From NCBI GenBank assembly GCA_035250975.1, contig DATFEP010000014.1, positions 32,001 to 96,000 on the forward strand: a stretch of 64,000 nucleotides of DNA, written 5' to 3'. Source of the DNA: Nitrososphaeraceae archaeon. Its GTDB lineage: Archaea; Thermoproteota; Nitrososphaeria; Nitrososphaerales; Nitrososphaeraceae. Made by a program: the position numbers and the translations under genes. The notes beneath the pieces are model-generated. The model was not told the origin of the DNA. It worked only from the letters and a program-made list of their open reading frames with translations, and ran no database searches. Positions 22,162 to 33,220 of this stretch are shown piece by piece. The first letter of the stretch is position 1; each line of letters opens with the position of its first letter.

Positions 22162-22885
22162 GAGTCTATCCCAAAATTAATCTCTTGTAAACAGTTATAC
22201 TACATGCTAACTGTACAAGACCAAAAAAATTCTTTTTTTCTTTTCATACCTTGTAAATAATTTGCCAAATCTGTTAGGTCATGAATTTGTTCCCTCTACC
22301 ACTCCGCTTCTTCCCGATTGATCTCGCTTGCAGATTTTGTTTTTTTGTCTTCTATGTCGTATATGTGAGACGTATCTTCCCATGATTATTTATGTTTCTA
22401 CTTCTTTGTAATGATATTGTTTATCATGAGATGGATTGTACTTTTTCTTGGATGTATTTTCATCTTTAGATTTGTTTTAGGTGGTAGTTGCTTTTTGATA
22501 GCCTGTACTGACAGATTTTATAAAAGTAGAAAGTGGAATTCCTTCCTTATCTATTAAAATGTCTCTTTTTATGACTAATGTTAGGATATAATTAGGATTA
22601 TGACCTCTTATCACTGCCTCAAGATGATTTTATATATACTGGCAAATATCTGTGATATCCATTTGACTCGCCTTTTGTCATCGTCTATTTTTATCAATCT
22701 GGTGCGTATTTAGTCATATAAAATCTGATTGTATCGACTTTTTAAATGTTTAATCACCTTTAGATTCTGAACCATTTCGGTCGGTAACTTTGTTCATCGA
22801 CATCCAGTTCTCAATACAAACATTATTCCGTCAATGACTTATCTGTAGCATACAACAGAACGACCTATTGTGGTCCCTGGATTTT
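22162..22885 (-). mobile_element. Decayed IS5-family insertion sequence (transposase pseudogene)
   Basis: Minus-strand fragments GRSVVCYR*VIDGIMFVLRTGC, KRDILIDKEGIPLS, VVEGTNS*PNRFGKLFTRYEKK, GLVQLACSITVYKRLILG*. Confidence 0.85.
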
Positions 22886-22888
22886 AGA

Positions 22889-23155
22889 TCAGTGACCTCT
22901 ATTTGACATTGCCCATACAAGATCATCAAACATACTATTCATATGATGAATTTTAATTTTTATACCGTCGAGTAAATTTATTGCTTCAGCAGTATGATTT
23001 GATTTGACCAAGTCGGTGACCTCATCGACATTATTTGCCAATTGAGTATGAATAAATCTCATATGATCCATCAGTATATCTTCAGAACGAGGTTGAGCAA
23101 ATACATGCGGAATAAGAAGAATTCCAATCATAAGACTTATCGAAATTTTATTCAT
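22889..23155 (-). CDS. Small secreted helical protein, His/Met-rich
   Basis: Signal peptide (VFA|Q) followed by amphipathic helices. Confidence 0.6.
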   Translation of the reverse strand: MNKISISLMIGILLIPHVFAQPRSEDILMDHMRFIHTQLANNVDEVTDLVKSNHTAEAINLLDGIKIKIHHMNSMFDDLVWAMSNRGH

Positions 23156-23778
23156 ATTAATTATTATATCATATAATCTTTTAAACTTTTTATAATTAAT
23201 TGTTAACGGATTTCCATCTTATTCTGTTTTAGTGCGGATGTTTGAACAAACTTGTTTCATAAAATTATATTGATTTTTATCTTACAACTGTATAAAGTTA
23301 TGAAATTCACTTCAATATTAGAATATTTAAATTTTAAGGTGAAGATTGAGGCGAAATGTTTACAGACCTGATCTTAAATGGAAATCCAACTACCAATACG
23401 CTATTTCTGTTGAATATGACTTTGTATTGGAATGGGAAACTTGGAGCTAAATCTATGACCTTTAATTGGCAGAATTTTTTTATATAGAGTGACGGTGAAA
23501 ATTCAATTACAAATAGCAAATTTCAGTAAAATTTTTGCTTGATATTATAATCTATGTTTTGGATTATGTCAGTTTTTCTTAGCTTTTTTTGTGCATTTTT
23601 TGAATTAAAATTATTTTAATTTTGCCTAGATCCTCGGTCTGAATGAAATATAATATATTTTTTCTAACTTTCCAATAAAAATTTTAATAAAAATTACTTT
23701 CTACCTGTATCGTTATTATTTTTTCAAGAATAATGTATAATAAGTATAAAATATTTATCTGTGGATGTATAAGAATAA

Positions 23779-25296
23779 TTGTTGACGGAGGATGGGATGA
23801 GTTTGTTAGCAGAACAAGATCGTATGAATGAGAGTGAGAAAGATGATCATGATTTCCTTTTCTTTAATCCGCTTGCTCAACCTATCTCTAAATGGTATGA
23901 ATTGCATAAACGTCTTAACTTGTTTCCATGGTGGATAAGATATAATCTTGGATCTGCTAAGGAGGCGAATCTAAAGAACAGAATCTTAGAAGTCGGTAAA
24001 AATTTAGGACTCTCGACTATTTGGATGAATAAGATCATAAGACATTCAATATCTGAATTTTCTAAGAAAGGTCTAGGATTTGACTATTATGGTTATCACA
24101 ATATTTATCATGAGTTAGAGGCGACGTACTTTACATTGCTTGCAGCGAGCGGCCAAAATCAAGATAATAGATTTGACTTAAAAGATATCAAATACTTGTT
24201 TTTATCCGCGCTTTTCCATGATTATGATCCGTTGAAGAGTTTTGATAAACCAAATGAAGAGGAAGTTGAATGGTTTATAAGAAAAGATAAAAAAATAAGA
24301 GAATGGATAGAGGAAGAAGGATTAAACATTGATATCATGATGGCCATGATTCATAGAACAGCGTATCCCTTTAGAGGCAAGATAGCATCAGATGCAATTG
24401 AAAGGATGAATCAGTTATTCTCTAAAGCCGGGATCCCAATGGAGGATGAAAAGACAAGAACATATTATCATGATTTGGGTTGGTTTCTTTCAGTCTCTGA
24501 GCGTGTTGCTGGTTATGCATTAGGCAATTTTGATCGCGCAATTGAACTTGCTAGACTCAATGCTCATGGGCTTGGTTGGCATCCTTCTCTTATTAATCAA
24601 GAGTCTGTTAAGTACTTTAGTCTATTAAAACAAGAAAAAGAAATGTTATACAGAGTATTAAATTCAGTCTCTGAAAATTATAAACAAAATTTTCTCGAAA
24701 ATATTTCAAAATTTAAAGAAGCATGGATACAAGAAGTGGAAATCAAGAGATCGTTGAGAAAAAATGAGATTAGTTTAATTCCAGTCATAGAGGATAAAAA
24801 TGTGAAAATTGACCCAGAGATTGTTAGTTCTATAATAGATATTCGAAATGATCTCAACGGTCCATTATTAGTAGATAACAAGCAAGATTTTGCTGAATCC
24901 TTATCACATCCTGATACTATCCTTGTTACTCTAAGAGTAAAAGAGAAGGATAGAATAGTAATAGGTTTTGCAAAAGGTGGACCACTAGAACAATACCGGT
25001 TACGTAGAGGTACAAATGATGCAAATCATGGAAAGAAAAATACGGTATTTTTAGAATCGATGTATATTCGATCTGGATACTGGGGTGAAAAAGGGGGCCA
25101 TTTACTTCGATTGTATTTTTTAACTCGATCCAAAGAACTCGGATATGAATATGTTACCGGATATGTTCACCGCGATGTTTTATTACGTAGAAGTGACAAA
25201 GGAGAACCCATTAAACTAGTCCAAAAATACGATCCTGATAAGCTAGATTATTATAGAATTGATTTAAACCAATTTAATTATGATCCACTCTTCTAG
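23779..25296 (+). CDS. HD-domain protein with C-terminal GNAT-like domain
   Basis: YHNIYH...SALFHD; C-terminal IVIGFAKG...VFLESMYIRSGYWG-x-x-GG...SKELGY-x-x-V-x-G-x-V. Confidence 0.8.
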   Translation: MLTEDGMSLLAEQDRMNESEKDDHDFLFFNPLAQPISKWYELHKRLNLFPWWIRYNLGSAKEANLKNRILEVGKNLGLSTIWMNKIIRHSISEFSKKGLGFDYYGYHNIYHELEATYFTLLAASGQNQDNRFDLKDIKYLFLSALFHDYDPLKSFDKPNEEEVEWFIRKDKKIREWIEEEGLNIDIMMAMIHRTAYPFRGKIASDAIERMNQLFSKAGIPMEDEKTRTYYHDLGWFLSVSERVAGYALGNFDRAIELARLNAHGLGWHPSLINQESVKYFSLLKQEKEMLYRVLNSVSENYKQNFLENISKFKEAWIQEVEIKRSLRKNEISLIPVIEDKNVKIDPEIVSSIIDIRNDLNGPLLVDNKQDFAESLSHPDTILVTLRVKEKDRIVIGFAKGGPLEQYRLRRGTNDANHGKKNTVFLESMYIRSGYWGEKGGHLLRLYFLTRSKELGYEYVTGYVHRDVLLRRSDKGEPIKLVQKYDPDKLDYYRIDLNQFNYDPLF

Positions 25297-25541
25297 TAAG
25301 GTTACAATTTTTTCAGAATAATATAAGTACATTTGTAGATTTTTTATTTAGAAAAGATCCAGAATTAGGGAACTTATACAGGATATTAGAGATGATATTT
25401 TAATATATAGCGATCTAATTTTATCTAGATAAATAATTAAAGAAATGATTTTCAAAAACAATAAGATAATTTAATTGGTTGATAAATAACATACGAGAAA
25501 TATTTCATGATAAATAAAAAAAAGTGGTTGAAATTAATTCT

Positions 25542-25757
25542 TCAAGAATGTTCGATGCCAAATGCAATTTTTACACAAGCACGATATTGTGTTATTTTGC
25601 TAGTAGTAGGATCTACTTTTGCTGTCATATCTACTACCTCTATTCCTGTTATTCCATGTATTGTTTTTCGTGCTTCATCAATAGCTACCTGTGCTGCAGC
25701 TTCCCATCCTTTTTCTGAACCTCCAATAATCTCGATTATTTTTGCAACGTGTGCCAT
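25542..25757 (-). CDS. Dodecin (flavin-binding) family protein
   Basis: VAKIIEIIGGSEKGWEAAAQVAIDEARKTIHGI...YRACVKIAF; start at ATG 25757. Confidence 0.92.
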   Translation of the reverse strand: MAHVAKIIEIIGGSEKGWEAAAQVAIDEARKTIHGITGIEVVDMTAKVDPTTSKITQYRACVKIAFGIEHS

Positions 25758-26051
25758 ACCTATAGGTATATATTTTTCTTGGTATAAAAGGTTATTATTT
25801 ATTATAAAATTAATTGCCAAAATGAATATAAATAAATCCATTTATCTTACATGTTTAAGTGTCCATTGCATAATAATTTCCATATATAACTAAATAAATC
25901 AATAATTGGGAAAATGTGCAATAAATACTTTTTCATTAATATTTATTGTCAAAATATTGAACATATGACTATTATTATGTAATAGGTTTTTGATAATAGT
26001 GTGTTGTTTATTTATGTATCTAAATCTAAATACTTTATCGCCTTTTGGACC

Positions 26052-27260
26052 TCAAATTGAGTTAGAAAAGATTTTCTCCAAAGCAGAGACTAATTTATCG
26101 ATATCATCTTCATTGTTATAGAAATGCGGAGATATACGAATACCATTACTACGCGCTGAGACAATTATTTTATATTTCTTTTCTAATATTTTTATTATGT
26201 CCAAAGGTTTTCTATTTTTGGATTGAAATAGTATTATTCCGGATCTATCATTTTTATCTTCAATCGGTGAAAGAATTTTCAAATTGATGGAATGAAGTTT
26301 ATCAATAATATAGTCAGTTAACTGCAATATTCTTTGCTCTATATTTTTGATTCCAATGCTTGAAATATATTGTAATCCTGCGTTTAATGCACTTATGTTG
26401 GGTAAGTTTGGAGATCCTACCTCAAATTTTGTTGCTGTATTTGACATTAATATTTGAGTGTTAATGCTATATAGATTCCTATCCCTTTGGCCAGATTGAC
26501 TAAAGAATGAGGGTCTGAATTGATTTGCTTGTTGTAAATATGTTCCTTTTATGTATAGCGATCCAATACCAAAAGAAGATAATAACCATTTATGACCATT
26601 GGAGGAAGCAAAATCAATATCAAAATCTTTCACATCAAAATACATGCATCCCAAAGACTGAGTAGCATTGACTACAAGGAAAATACCGTATTTTTTTGAA
26701 ATCTTTGCAAGCTGCTTTAAATCTTGTTTGAAACCAGTAGAATATTGAACATGACTTGTAACAATGGTTTTAACGACACTTTGAGGCTTTAGAGAATTTG
26801 TCTTGTCTATCATTTCCACTATATCTTTTATTAGTATCTTATTTTGATCTCTTGCCTTAACAAATTTTAGATTTTCTCTGTCATCGTTTTTGTTAATCCA
26901 AGGAAGGTTTGTTGCAGGAAACTCCAAATCATTTAAGATGACTATTCCTTTTTCTGAAAGCATATGAGCAACAATATTCATCCCTTCACTTGTTGAATGT
27001 GTAAATGCAATCTCTTCAGGGCCTGCAGCTCCAATAAATTTAGCATAGAGTTCACGAGTTTGCTCTATCATCTTTTCCCATATATTCCAAAGTGTACCGC
27101 CATAGTAAAGTGAATCTCGATAAAATTTTACCACCTGCTCGTATACTGTTTTAGGTATAGGTGATATAGCTGCATTGTTAAGATAGGTATATTTCTGTAT
27201 AACCGGAAAATCATCTCTATATTTATTCCAATCAGGGGACATCATTTGTAAATGCACCAA
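26052..27260 (-). CDS. Class V PLP-dependent aminotransferase / C-S lyase-like enzyme
   Basis: YLNNAAISP, FTHSTSEG, EFP, SHVQYSTG, GHKWLL (PLP Lys), FEVG, RISPHFYN. Confidence 0.9.
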   Translation of the reverse strand: MVHLQMMSPDWNKYRDDFPVIQKYTYLNNAAISPIPKTVYEQVVKFYRDSLYYGGTLWNIWEKMIEQTRELYAKFIGAAGPEEIAFTHSTSEGMNIVAHMLSEKGIVILNDLEFPATNLPWINKNDDRENLKFVKARDQNKILIKDIVEMIDKTNSLKPQSVVKTIVTSHVQYSTGFKQDLKQLAKISKKYGIFLVVNATQSLGCMYFDVKDFDIDFASSNGHKWLLSSFGIGSLYIKGTYLQQANQFRPSFFSQSGQRDRNLYSINTQILMSNTATKFEVGSPNLPNISALNAGLQYISSIGIKNIEQRILQLTDYIIDKLHSINLKILSPIEDKNDRSGIILFQSKNRKPLDIIKILEKKYKIIVSARSNGIRISPHFYNNEDDIDKLVSALEKIFSNSI

Positions 27261-27450
27261 ACAAACATTATAAATATTAAGACTGTGACGATAAAAGCAT
27301 CCTTAATTGAAACAGATTTGCCAATAATTTTGGCGATTTATAGAAAATATCCTTTCTGGTTTATTAAATCAATTGCAACTCCATTCATAAAAAGATAAAA
27401 TATAAAAATTAAAGAATGAAATCGAGTATCTTGAGGAAATACGTAATTAC

Positions 27451-27777
27451 ATGTTTCTATTATATTATGATATGTTAGTAAAAATTAACAATATTAATCC
27501 CAATAAGGTAAATGTTACACAACTAGATATTGACGACTATGGATCTGTAGTACCTTTAAGAGATTTGGAATTAACCTTACCGCCCTTGGATATAGACGAT
27601 TCCGTATATAATATTTTAAAAAACATACAATATGCGGCGGTATTTACAAGACAAGAACTTGACGATGAGAATAAAATTAAAGATACTGTAATAATCCTTG
27701 CAAATCCGATCACATTAGAAGAACTTAATGCGGAAAAAAATCGCGTAATAGAAGGTTCGTATGAAAAAAAGAAATGA
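27451..27777 (+). CDS. Hypothetical protein
   Basis: 108-aa ORF with protein-like composition. Confidence 0.6.
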   Translation: MFLLYYDMLVKINNINPNKVNVTQLDIDDYGSVVPLRDLELTLPPLDIDDSVYNILKNIQYAAVFTRQELDDENKIKDTVIILANPITLEELNAEKNRVIEGSYEKKK

Positions 27778-27818
27778 ATATTGTTTGATAATTTTTCTAT
27801 TTTGTCAGTATGTTGAGG

Positions 27819-28181
27819 TTAAGGAATCTCAACAAAGATACTCCCATCCTTTTCCAATACGTTGTAAAGAGTTAGATCCTTGGATTTCTTCCATTCCTGG
27901 CTCTGGTCTGCCCATTTGTCCGGTATCTTCTCTAATTTTCCAGAAAAAATATCATATTCAAAGTCGTGAAGATAACATACTATCCTATTCGAATCACAGG
28001 ATAACTCGCTTTTTGATAGGGAAGCACCTCTATGTGGACAATAGTTATCAAATGCAAACAAATTATTGTTTTTCTTACCTACCAAAAGATCTAAAGAGAG
28101 GTCATTATTGTTGGTCTTAATGGTAAAGAGGTTAATTGTATTGTCGCGAATAAAGCCAGAATTACACACCCGGTAGAGCAC
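27819..28181 (-). CDS. Rieske [2Fe-2S] ferredoxin
   Basis: CPHRG...CYLH ligand motifs, YDIFSG. Confidence 0.92.
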   Translation of the reverse strand: MLYRVCNSGFIRDNTINLFTIKTNNNDLSLDLLVGKKNNNLFAFDNYCPHRGASLSKSELSCDSNRIVCYLHDFEYDIFSGKLEKIPDKWADQSQEWKKSKDLTLYNVLEKDGSIFVEIP

Positions 28182-28554
28182 ATTTTAAATCATCTGTATT
28201 GGTTATAATAATTTATACAGTTAGTAAAAGCAATACCAAGTATTTCATTTGAGAATATTTATTCGTTTATATAATTTGAATAAAAAAACAAAGTGCATAA
28301 TAATTCTTTCAAAAATAATAATTTTGTACTTTATTTTTTCTCTAAAAGGTATCAGATCGATTATCATTCTTTGAGATTTCTGTCAGTTTTAATAGTTTTA
28401 CTTTATTTTTAGTATTTGAACAGGATTAGGATGAATTTAAGATAAACTAAATAAACCATAAAACTCTACTGAAAAGATGAGTTATAAACCGTAAAGTACC
28501 TTGTTTATACTTTTTAGTACGAAGTAATAAATAATTTGGTTTTATTTATAAAAT

Positions 28555-28716
28555 ATGAGAAGAAAAAAATCAATATACTGGACAATAGCATCATCTCAGG
28601 AAAACTTTATAGACATAGACAAAGTTGGAAATTCCGAAGATCCTTTTGATGCAACAATAAAGGATATATCCAAGAAATTGAAGAACAAGCGATGTAACAG
28701 TGAAATAAATATTTAA
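28555..28716 (+). CDS. Possible 53-aa small protein
   Basis: MRRKKSIYWTIASSQENFIDIDKVGNSEDPFDATIKDISKKLKNKRCNSEINI; AT-rich TATA-like sequence upstream, T-tract downstream. Confidence 0.3.
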   Translation: MRRKKSIYWTIASSQENFIDIDKVGNSEDPFDATIKDISKKLKNKRCNSEINI

Positions 28717-29465
28717 TTTTTCATTTTTTCATTTTTATCATTATTTCTATTAAAATATTTGACATATGAAGACTTGCGTATAAATCAATAATAGACAAAA
28801 CAAGGTTGAGAAAAAAATCAAACACCAAATTGTTTGCTTACAAATTTCTGACAATCATAACCCCAATCAAGGTTTTGTACAGAATCTCTATACCCTTTGT
28901 AATATTCCAAAGGTAGCCAGCTGATTACACCAGGTACAACCAAATAATTTCGATTAAATCTTTTCAATTCATTACTCAAAATCTGTATAAGAATTACTTA
29001 TAATTCACATCGTTAATGACTTGTATTTTCACAATTTTACTTTTATCCCTATTTGGTTAAGAATCTTTCAATAATTTTCCTGAGATTCTGTCTAAACATT
29101 GACTATGGTAAAATTCTTTTTCAAAATCCTCTATCGTAACTAGTACATAATTTTAAATTTTCGTCAATGAAACGATATTCATGTGTAAAAGAACAATATA
29201 AGTAGAAAAGATTGGTTCGATTAACTACCTTGATCCTTAATTGTTTCTTCAACTTTAGCTTAGAAGAATTTACTTTTAAACAATAACGAATTACTTGAGC
29301 TATTCTTCATATTCTTGCAGGATGATTTTGACCAGATATGGCTACATAATAAGTTTATAATTACTGATTATCTTGGTCTAATGGATTCAACTGATCTGTT
29401 TAAAATGGTTCGTATAATGTTCCGCATGTCATGATTTCTTAAAAACTTTAAAAATAACATTCTAG

Positions 29466-30071
29466 TTATATTTTCGGATCAGAATTTGTTATAGAGAACG
29501 AATTAAATATTTTTTCTACTATTGGCAAAAAATCATAATATTTATCTGGAGGTGTTCCAAACGAGAGCACATAAATATTGTCTTTAACGAAAAATATTTC
29601 GTGAGTCATTACGAATTTTGCAGTCATTGGCTTCAAACCGGCTACGTACGAATACGAAATGGTTCTAGATGGTAGACTATCTTCATCTGTTGTTTTATCA
29701 GATATTAATTTGAACGCAGTGTATGTTTTATTAAATTGATTCAGAGCATCATCTACATATTTTTCAAAAGTAACCTTTTGAGGCAGTTTATTTATACTAA
29801 GAAGAAATTTTTCTTGAATCATGTCACGAGTATCTGAAAATGGGGATATAATCTCAATATTAAAGAGGTTCTCCTCAGATGCAGTTTGTATCTCTGTGAG
29901 ATTCCAACTATCAGGATATTCAATAGAAAAATTGAATCTATTATTATCATATTTTAAAAAAGTAGGTTCATGCTGAGAAAAGGCGAGTAAGTTAGAATTT
30001 AAAACATTCAATATGATAAAAAATAATATAATAAAAATAGATAATATGGTATAAAATCTCCTCATTCTCAT
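29466..30071 (-). CDS. PsbP-like secreted protein
   Basis: Signal peptide; FSIEYPDSW, NIYVLSF, YYDFLPIVEKIFNSF. Confidence 0.85.
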   Translation of the reverse strand: MRMRRFYTILSIFIILFFIILNVLNSNLLAFSQHEPTFLKYDNNRFNFSIEYPDSWNLTEIQTASEENLFNIEIISPFSDTRDMIQEKFLLSINKLPQKVTFEKYVDDALNQFNKTYTAFKLISDKTTDEDSLPSRTISYSYVAGLKPMTAKFVMTHEIFFVKDNIYVLSFGTPPDKYYDFLPIVEKIFNSFSITNSDPKI

Positions 30072-30864
30072 AAAGATAGAATAAAGCCATCCGTAATATA
30101 TTTATCTTGATAGAATGAATTTTTCACGATTTTTGTTTATTTTGGAATATGTTTATTTAAAAATCAAATATGGGTGAGTTTTTTTAATATTAAAAATTGT
30201 CATATCTGTTAGATTTACGATAGTGTCTACTCCATCCCAAATCGGTTTTCATCTTGTTATATTAAAATCATATAGTTATGGCAAGATTCCTATTGATTTT
30301 GGAGGATAATTCAGTATCATTTGAAATAAAATATATCCAATAAACGCTAATGAAAATCCCGGAAAGATATAAGATCTTAAGCTTCGCAAAATAAGTAATG
30401 AACGTTGAATCGGAATTAGTATCTCTGACATGAAATAGGATAAATGATTAAGGATATTTGGTTTTCAGTAATTTATTAGTTAAAAGTCATATTCAGAAAT
30501 ATTATATCTTTATTTTCTCTTAGATATCCCTTATTTTAGTTAACCTGAGATTGTTCAATCATATTTAATAATAACATTTCGGCCACTAAATCTTCTAGAT
30601 GTATCTCTAGGTAGTATTAATCAAACAAATCAAATATGACTAATCAAATAATACATAAATTAATACTTCTATTTGCAATATGAAATTATTCAAAAATGTC
30701 GAGATGACGTTTTATGTTATTTAGCGAATTTATCCCATATTGAGTTGAGAAAAATTGAAGACTGGATTTAAAAGAATTTTCTAAAATTGGACAAAGAACA
30801 TAATAGAAACTTGGAAGATCTCTTATTTTTTCAAGTTAAGGGGTCAATAAATTCTATATTTTTT

Positions 30865-33030
30865 TTAATGACTGGACCCTACTGGCTCATCTTCTATTTT
30901 CCATATATAATGACCTTTCTGCTCATCTTTAGAAACGGTCCACAAATCATAATTTCCACCTGTACGATCTCCTGCTTCATTAAGTTTTATTTTTCCAGAA
31001 ACACCATCAAAAGATTCTGCGGTTTCTATCACAATATCTTTAAAAGTTTTCCTAATGTTTTTCATATCAACATAGTTACTAGTACTATTCTTATCCAAGC
31101 TTAAGGAGGAAATCCAGAAACAATCATAAGCTATCGCAGGATATGTTATTGATTCTGTATTATGTAACTCATTATAGAGTTCCTCAATTAAAGCATGAAT
31201 TTTGGGATTTTTGACATCTATGGAATATAATGGATTAGAAAAATTGGTTTTAATTGCAAATAACGCAGAGTCTATATTCTTTATAATATGATGATTTTGC
31301 GCTATACTATCACTTCCATACCATCTGACATTTCCAAGTGAATGATATATAGGAGATTGAATTAGTATTGGAGTTATTTCATCAAAAGACACTATATACA
31401 CCCCTACTGATTTACTATCGTATTTTTTTATCGCTTCAGCTACAATATTGTTTAATTTTTCAAGATCTTCATTCCACATAATAAAATTAATTCTATGTAA
31501 GCTCGTAGCAAATTTTCCAGTATGTGGCTTGTAGTTTATTCCATCTTCCATTTTACCTCCCAGTTTTTCAAAATGAAATTTGGTAGATTTGTAAAGTTCA
31601 TTTCCATAGATATCCCCTCTCCATATTGGAACGACAACTTTTATACCATCTTTAATCATTCTTTCTGCAATCACTCTCCCTTGGTTAATGTCATCTGGTA
31701 TCAGTCTTAGCAGACTGTCTCCTTTTATAGAAAGTAAGGGAGAAGTACTCGAATAGCTTAGCAATATGATATCATTGGTATCTGCATATTCTTTTACCGC
31801 AGAAACGGCAGTACTGGTTGCAGGACCGACAATGATCTTTGCGCCAAGTGAATGAAGTTGTTTTATCGCCTCAAGAGAGTCCTTTGGATCTGTTTTTGAA
31901 TTAGCCATAACTAGATTGAATCTCGACGAATAATTCATTTTTTCAAAATACTTGTTTACATCATATTCGGCTTTTTCTAGGGCCACTTTTATTGGTTTCC
32001 CCATTGAAGAAAATGAACCAGTAAATGGTATGATAGCTCCAACTACAAATTCTTTATTAGTTTCTCCAACAGCAGAAAGAAATGAACTTTCAGCATAATG
32101 ATTTTTCTCAAGTACTAACGAATTTTTTTCATTACCATTGAATCCATTGCTAATGTAAAATCCAGAAAACAAAAGCAGCGAAAGAATAGTAATCGACGTC
32201 ATAATCATCTTCTTAGAAATCCTCGTTTGCATTCCACCAACAAATTTGAAGATAAGATCTTTTGAATTCCATTTAATAGAATACCGTAAATACCATATAA
32301 GACCACCAGCAATTAGTAAATAATGTGCTGAGAGCAACAAAGTAGAAATCCAGAGTTGCTCGACATATGTTGTTAGAACTATTATCGCAAACCAGCTATC
32401 GCCTATTACAATAGCTAAGAATCCCACCAATTCGCATACCCACGGGACAAGATGATGTTTATCGTTCTTAATGCCAAGCAAAATTGTTACTGCAAGAATT
32501 GTCAATATCGAATTTAATGTTGGATAAGCTAGTGTAACAATAAATAACATCAGACCTCGAAAGTTGGATGTTTCAGCTAGATCCAATGTCAAAGTTAAAA
32601 TATAAATTAAGAATAATCCAGTTACAGATATTATTAGAAACATAATTTTTCTATCTATAACGTGACCGAGGTTCTTTTTTATTATCATTAATCTGTAAAT
32701 TAAAAAAACATATGCAGATATTAAGAAAAAATCTGCAATGGAGGGTACAGGTGCTACAATATCCAAACCTACTTCATAATATGCCCATATAATATTGGCA
32801 ATAAACCAGAAAACGAGTCCTATTGTTAAAAGAATATTTTCTTTATCGCCTGCAAGATTTTCTCTATTTTTAAGAAGAATATATGAAGAAAGCCCTGCAG
32901 CAATAAGAGAATTTATTATTAGGATCCAGTTAGAATAGATTATTTTACTGTCTGATTCTGCAAAAATTATAATAGAATTTCCTATAGCTATCGTAAAAAT
33001 GATACACAGGAAAAAATACAGTGGCTTCAA
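30865..33030 (-). CDS. Multi-pass membrane domain (about 8+1 TM) fused to a type I periplasmic-binding (LivJ/Venus-flytrap) domain
   Basis: PSIADFF and LAYPTLN membrane-sensor motifs; VGAIIPFTG, IIVGPATS, SYSSTSP, RL-x-P-x-D, YD, FDGVSG-x-I-x-LNEAGDR. Confidence 0.85.
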   Translation of the reverse strand: MKPLYFFLCIIFTIAIGNSIIIFAESDSKIIYSNWILIINSLIAAGLSSYILLKNRENLAGDKENILLTIGLVFWFIANIIWAYYEVGLDIVAPVPSIADFFLISAYVFLIYRLMIIKKNLGHVIDRKIMFLIISVTGLFLIYILTLTLDLAETSNFRGLMLFIVTLAYPTLNSILTILAVTILLGIKNDKHHLVPWVCELVGFLAIVIGDSWFAIIVLTTYVEQLWISTLLLSAHYLLIAGGLIWYLRYSIKWNSKDLIFKFVGGMQTRISKKMIMTSITILSLLLFSGFYISNGFNGNEKNSLVLEKNHYAESSFLSAVGETNKEFVVGAIIPFTGSFSSMGKPIKVALEKAEYDVNKYFEKMNYSSRFNLVMANSKTDPKDSLEAIKQLHSLGAKIIVGPATSTAVSAVKEYADTNDIILLSYSSTSPLLSIKGDSLLRLIPDDINQGRVIAERMIKDGIKVVVPIWRGDIYGNELYKSTKFHFEKLGGKMEDGINYKPHTGKFATSLHRINFIMWNEDLEKLNNIVAEAIKKYDSKSVGVYIVSFDEITPILIQSPIYHSLGNVRWYGSDSIAQNHHIIKNIDSALFAIKTNFSNPLYSIDVKNPKIHALIEELYNELHNTESITYPAIAYDCFWISSLSLDKNSTSNYVDMKNIRKTFKDIVIETAESFDGVSGKIKLNEAGDRTGGNYDLWTVSKDEQKGHYIWKIEDEPVGSSH

Positions 33031-33220
33031 TTTTCTCGTTTTCCTTATGAGAGCTAAGATCGATTATAAAATCTTTCGTTACTAAAATGGAATGGTCTAT
33101 CTGTAAAGTAGCTCGCAAAGCACAGTGGGCCCCTAAAAATTGATGTAACCCTTCATAAGAAAAATTTTTCCAATTGCAAAATGCATTATGAGATGAATTA
33201 CATTCTGAATGCACATTGTC

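Noticed and set aside
28780-29450. Protein-like minus-strand fragments (NRNYLVVPGVISWLPLEYYKGYRDSVQNLDWGYDC)
   Set aside because: Possibly a decayed gene, but no family recognised and many stops
32945-33214. His/Cys-containing 89-aa ORF between the copper fusion and the flytrap gene
   Set aside because: Overlaps the next gene out of frame and has no recognisable metal motif; insufficient support
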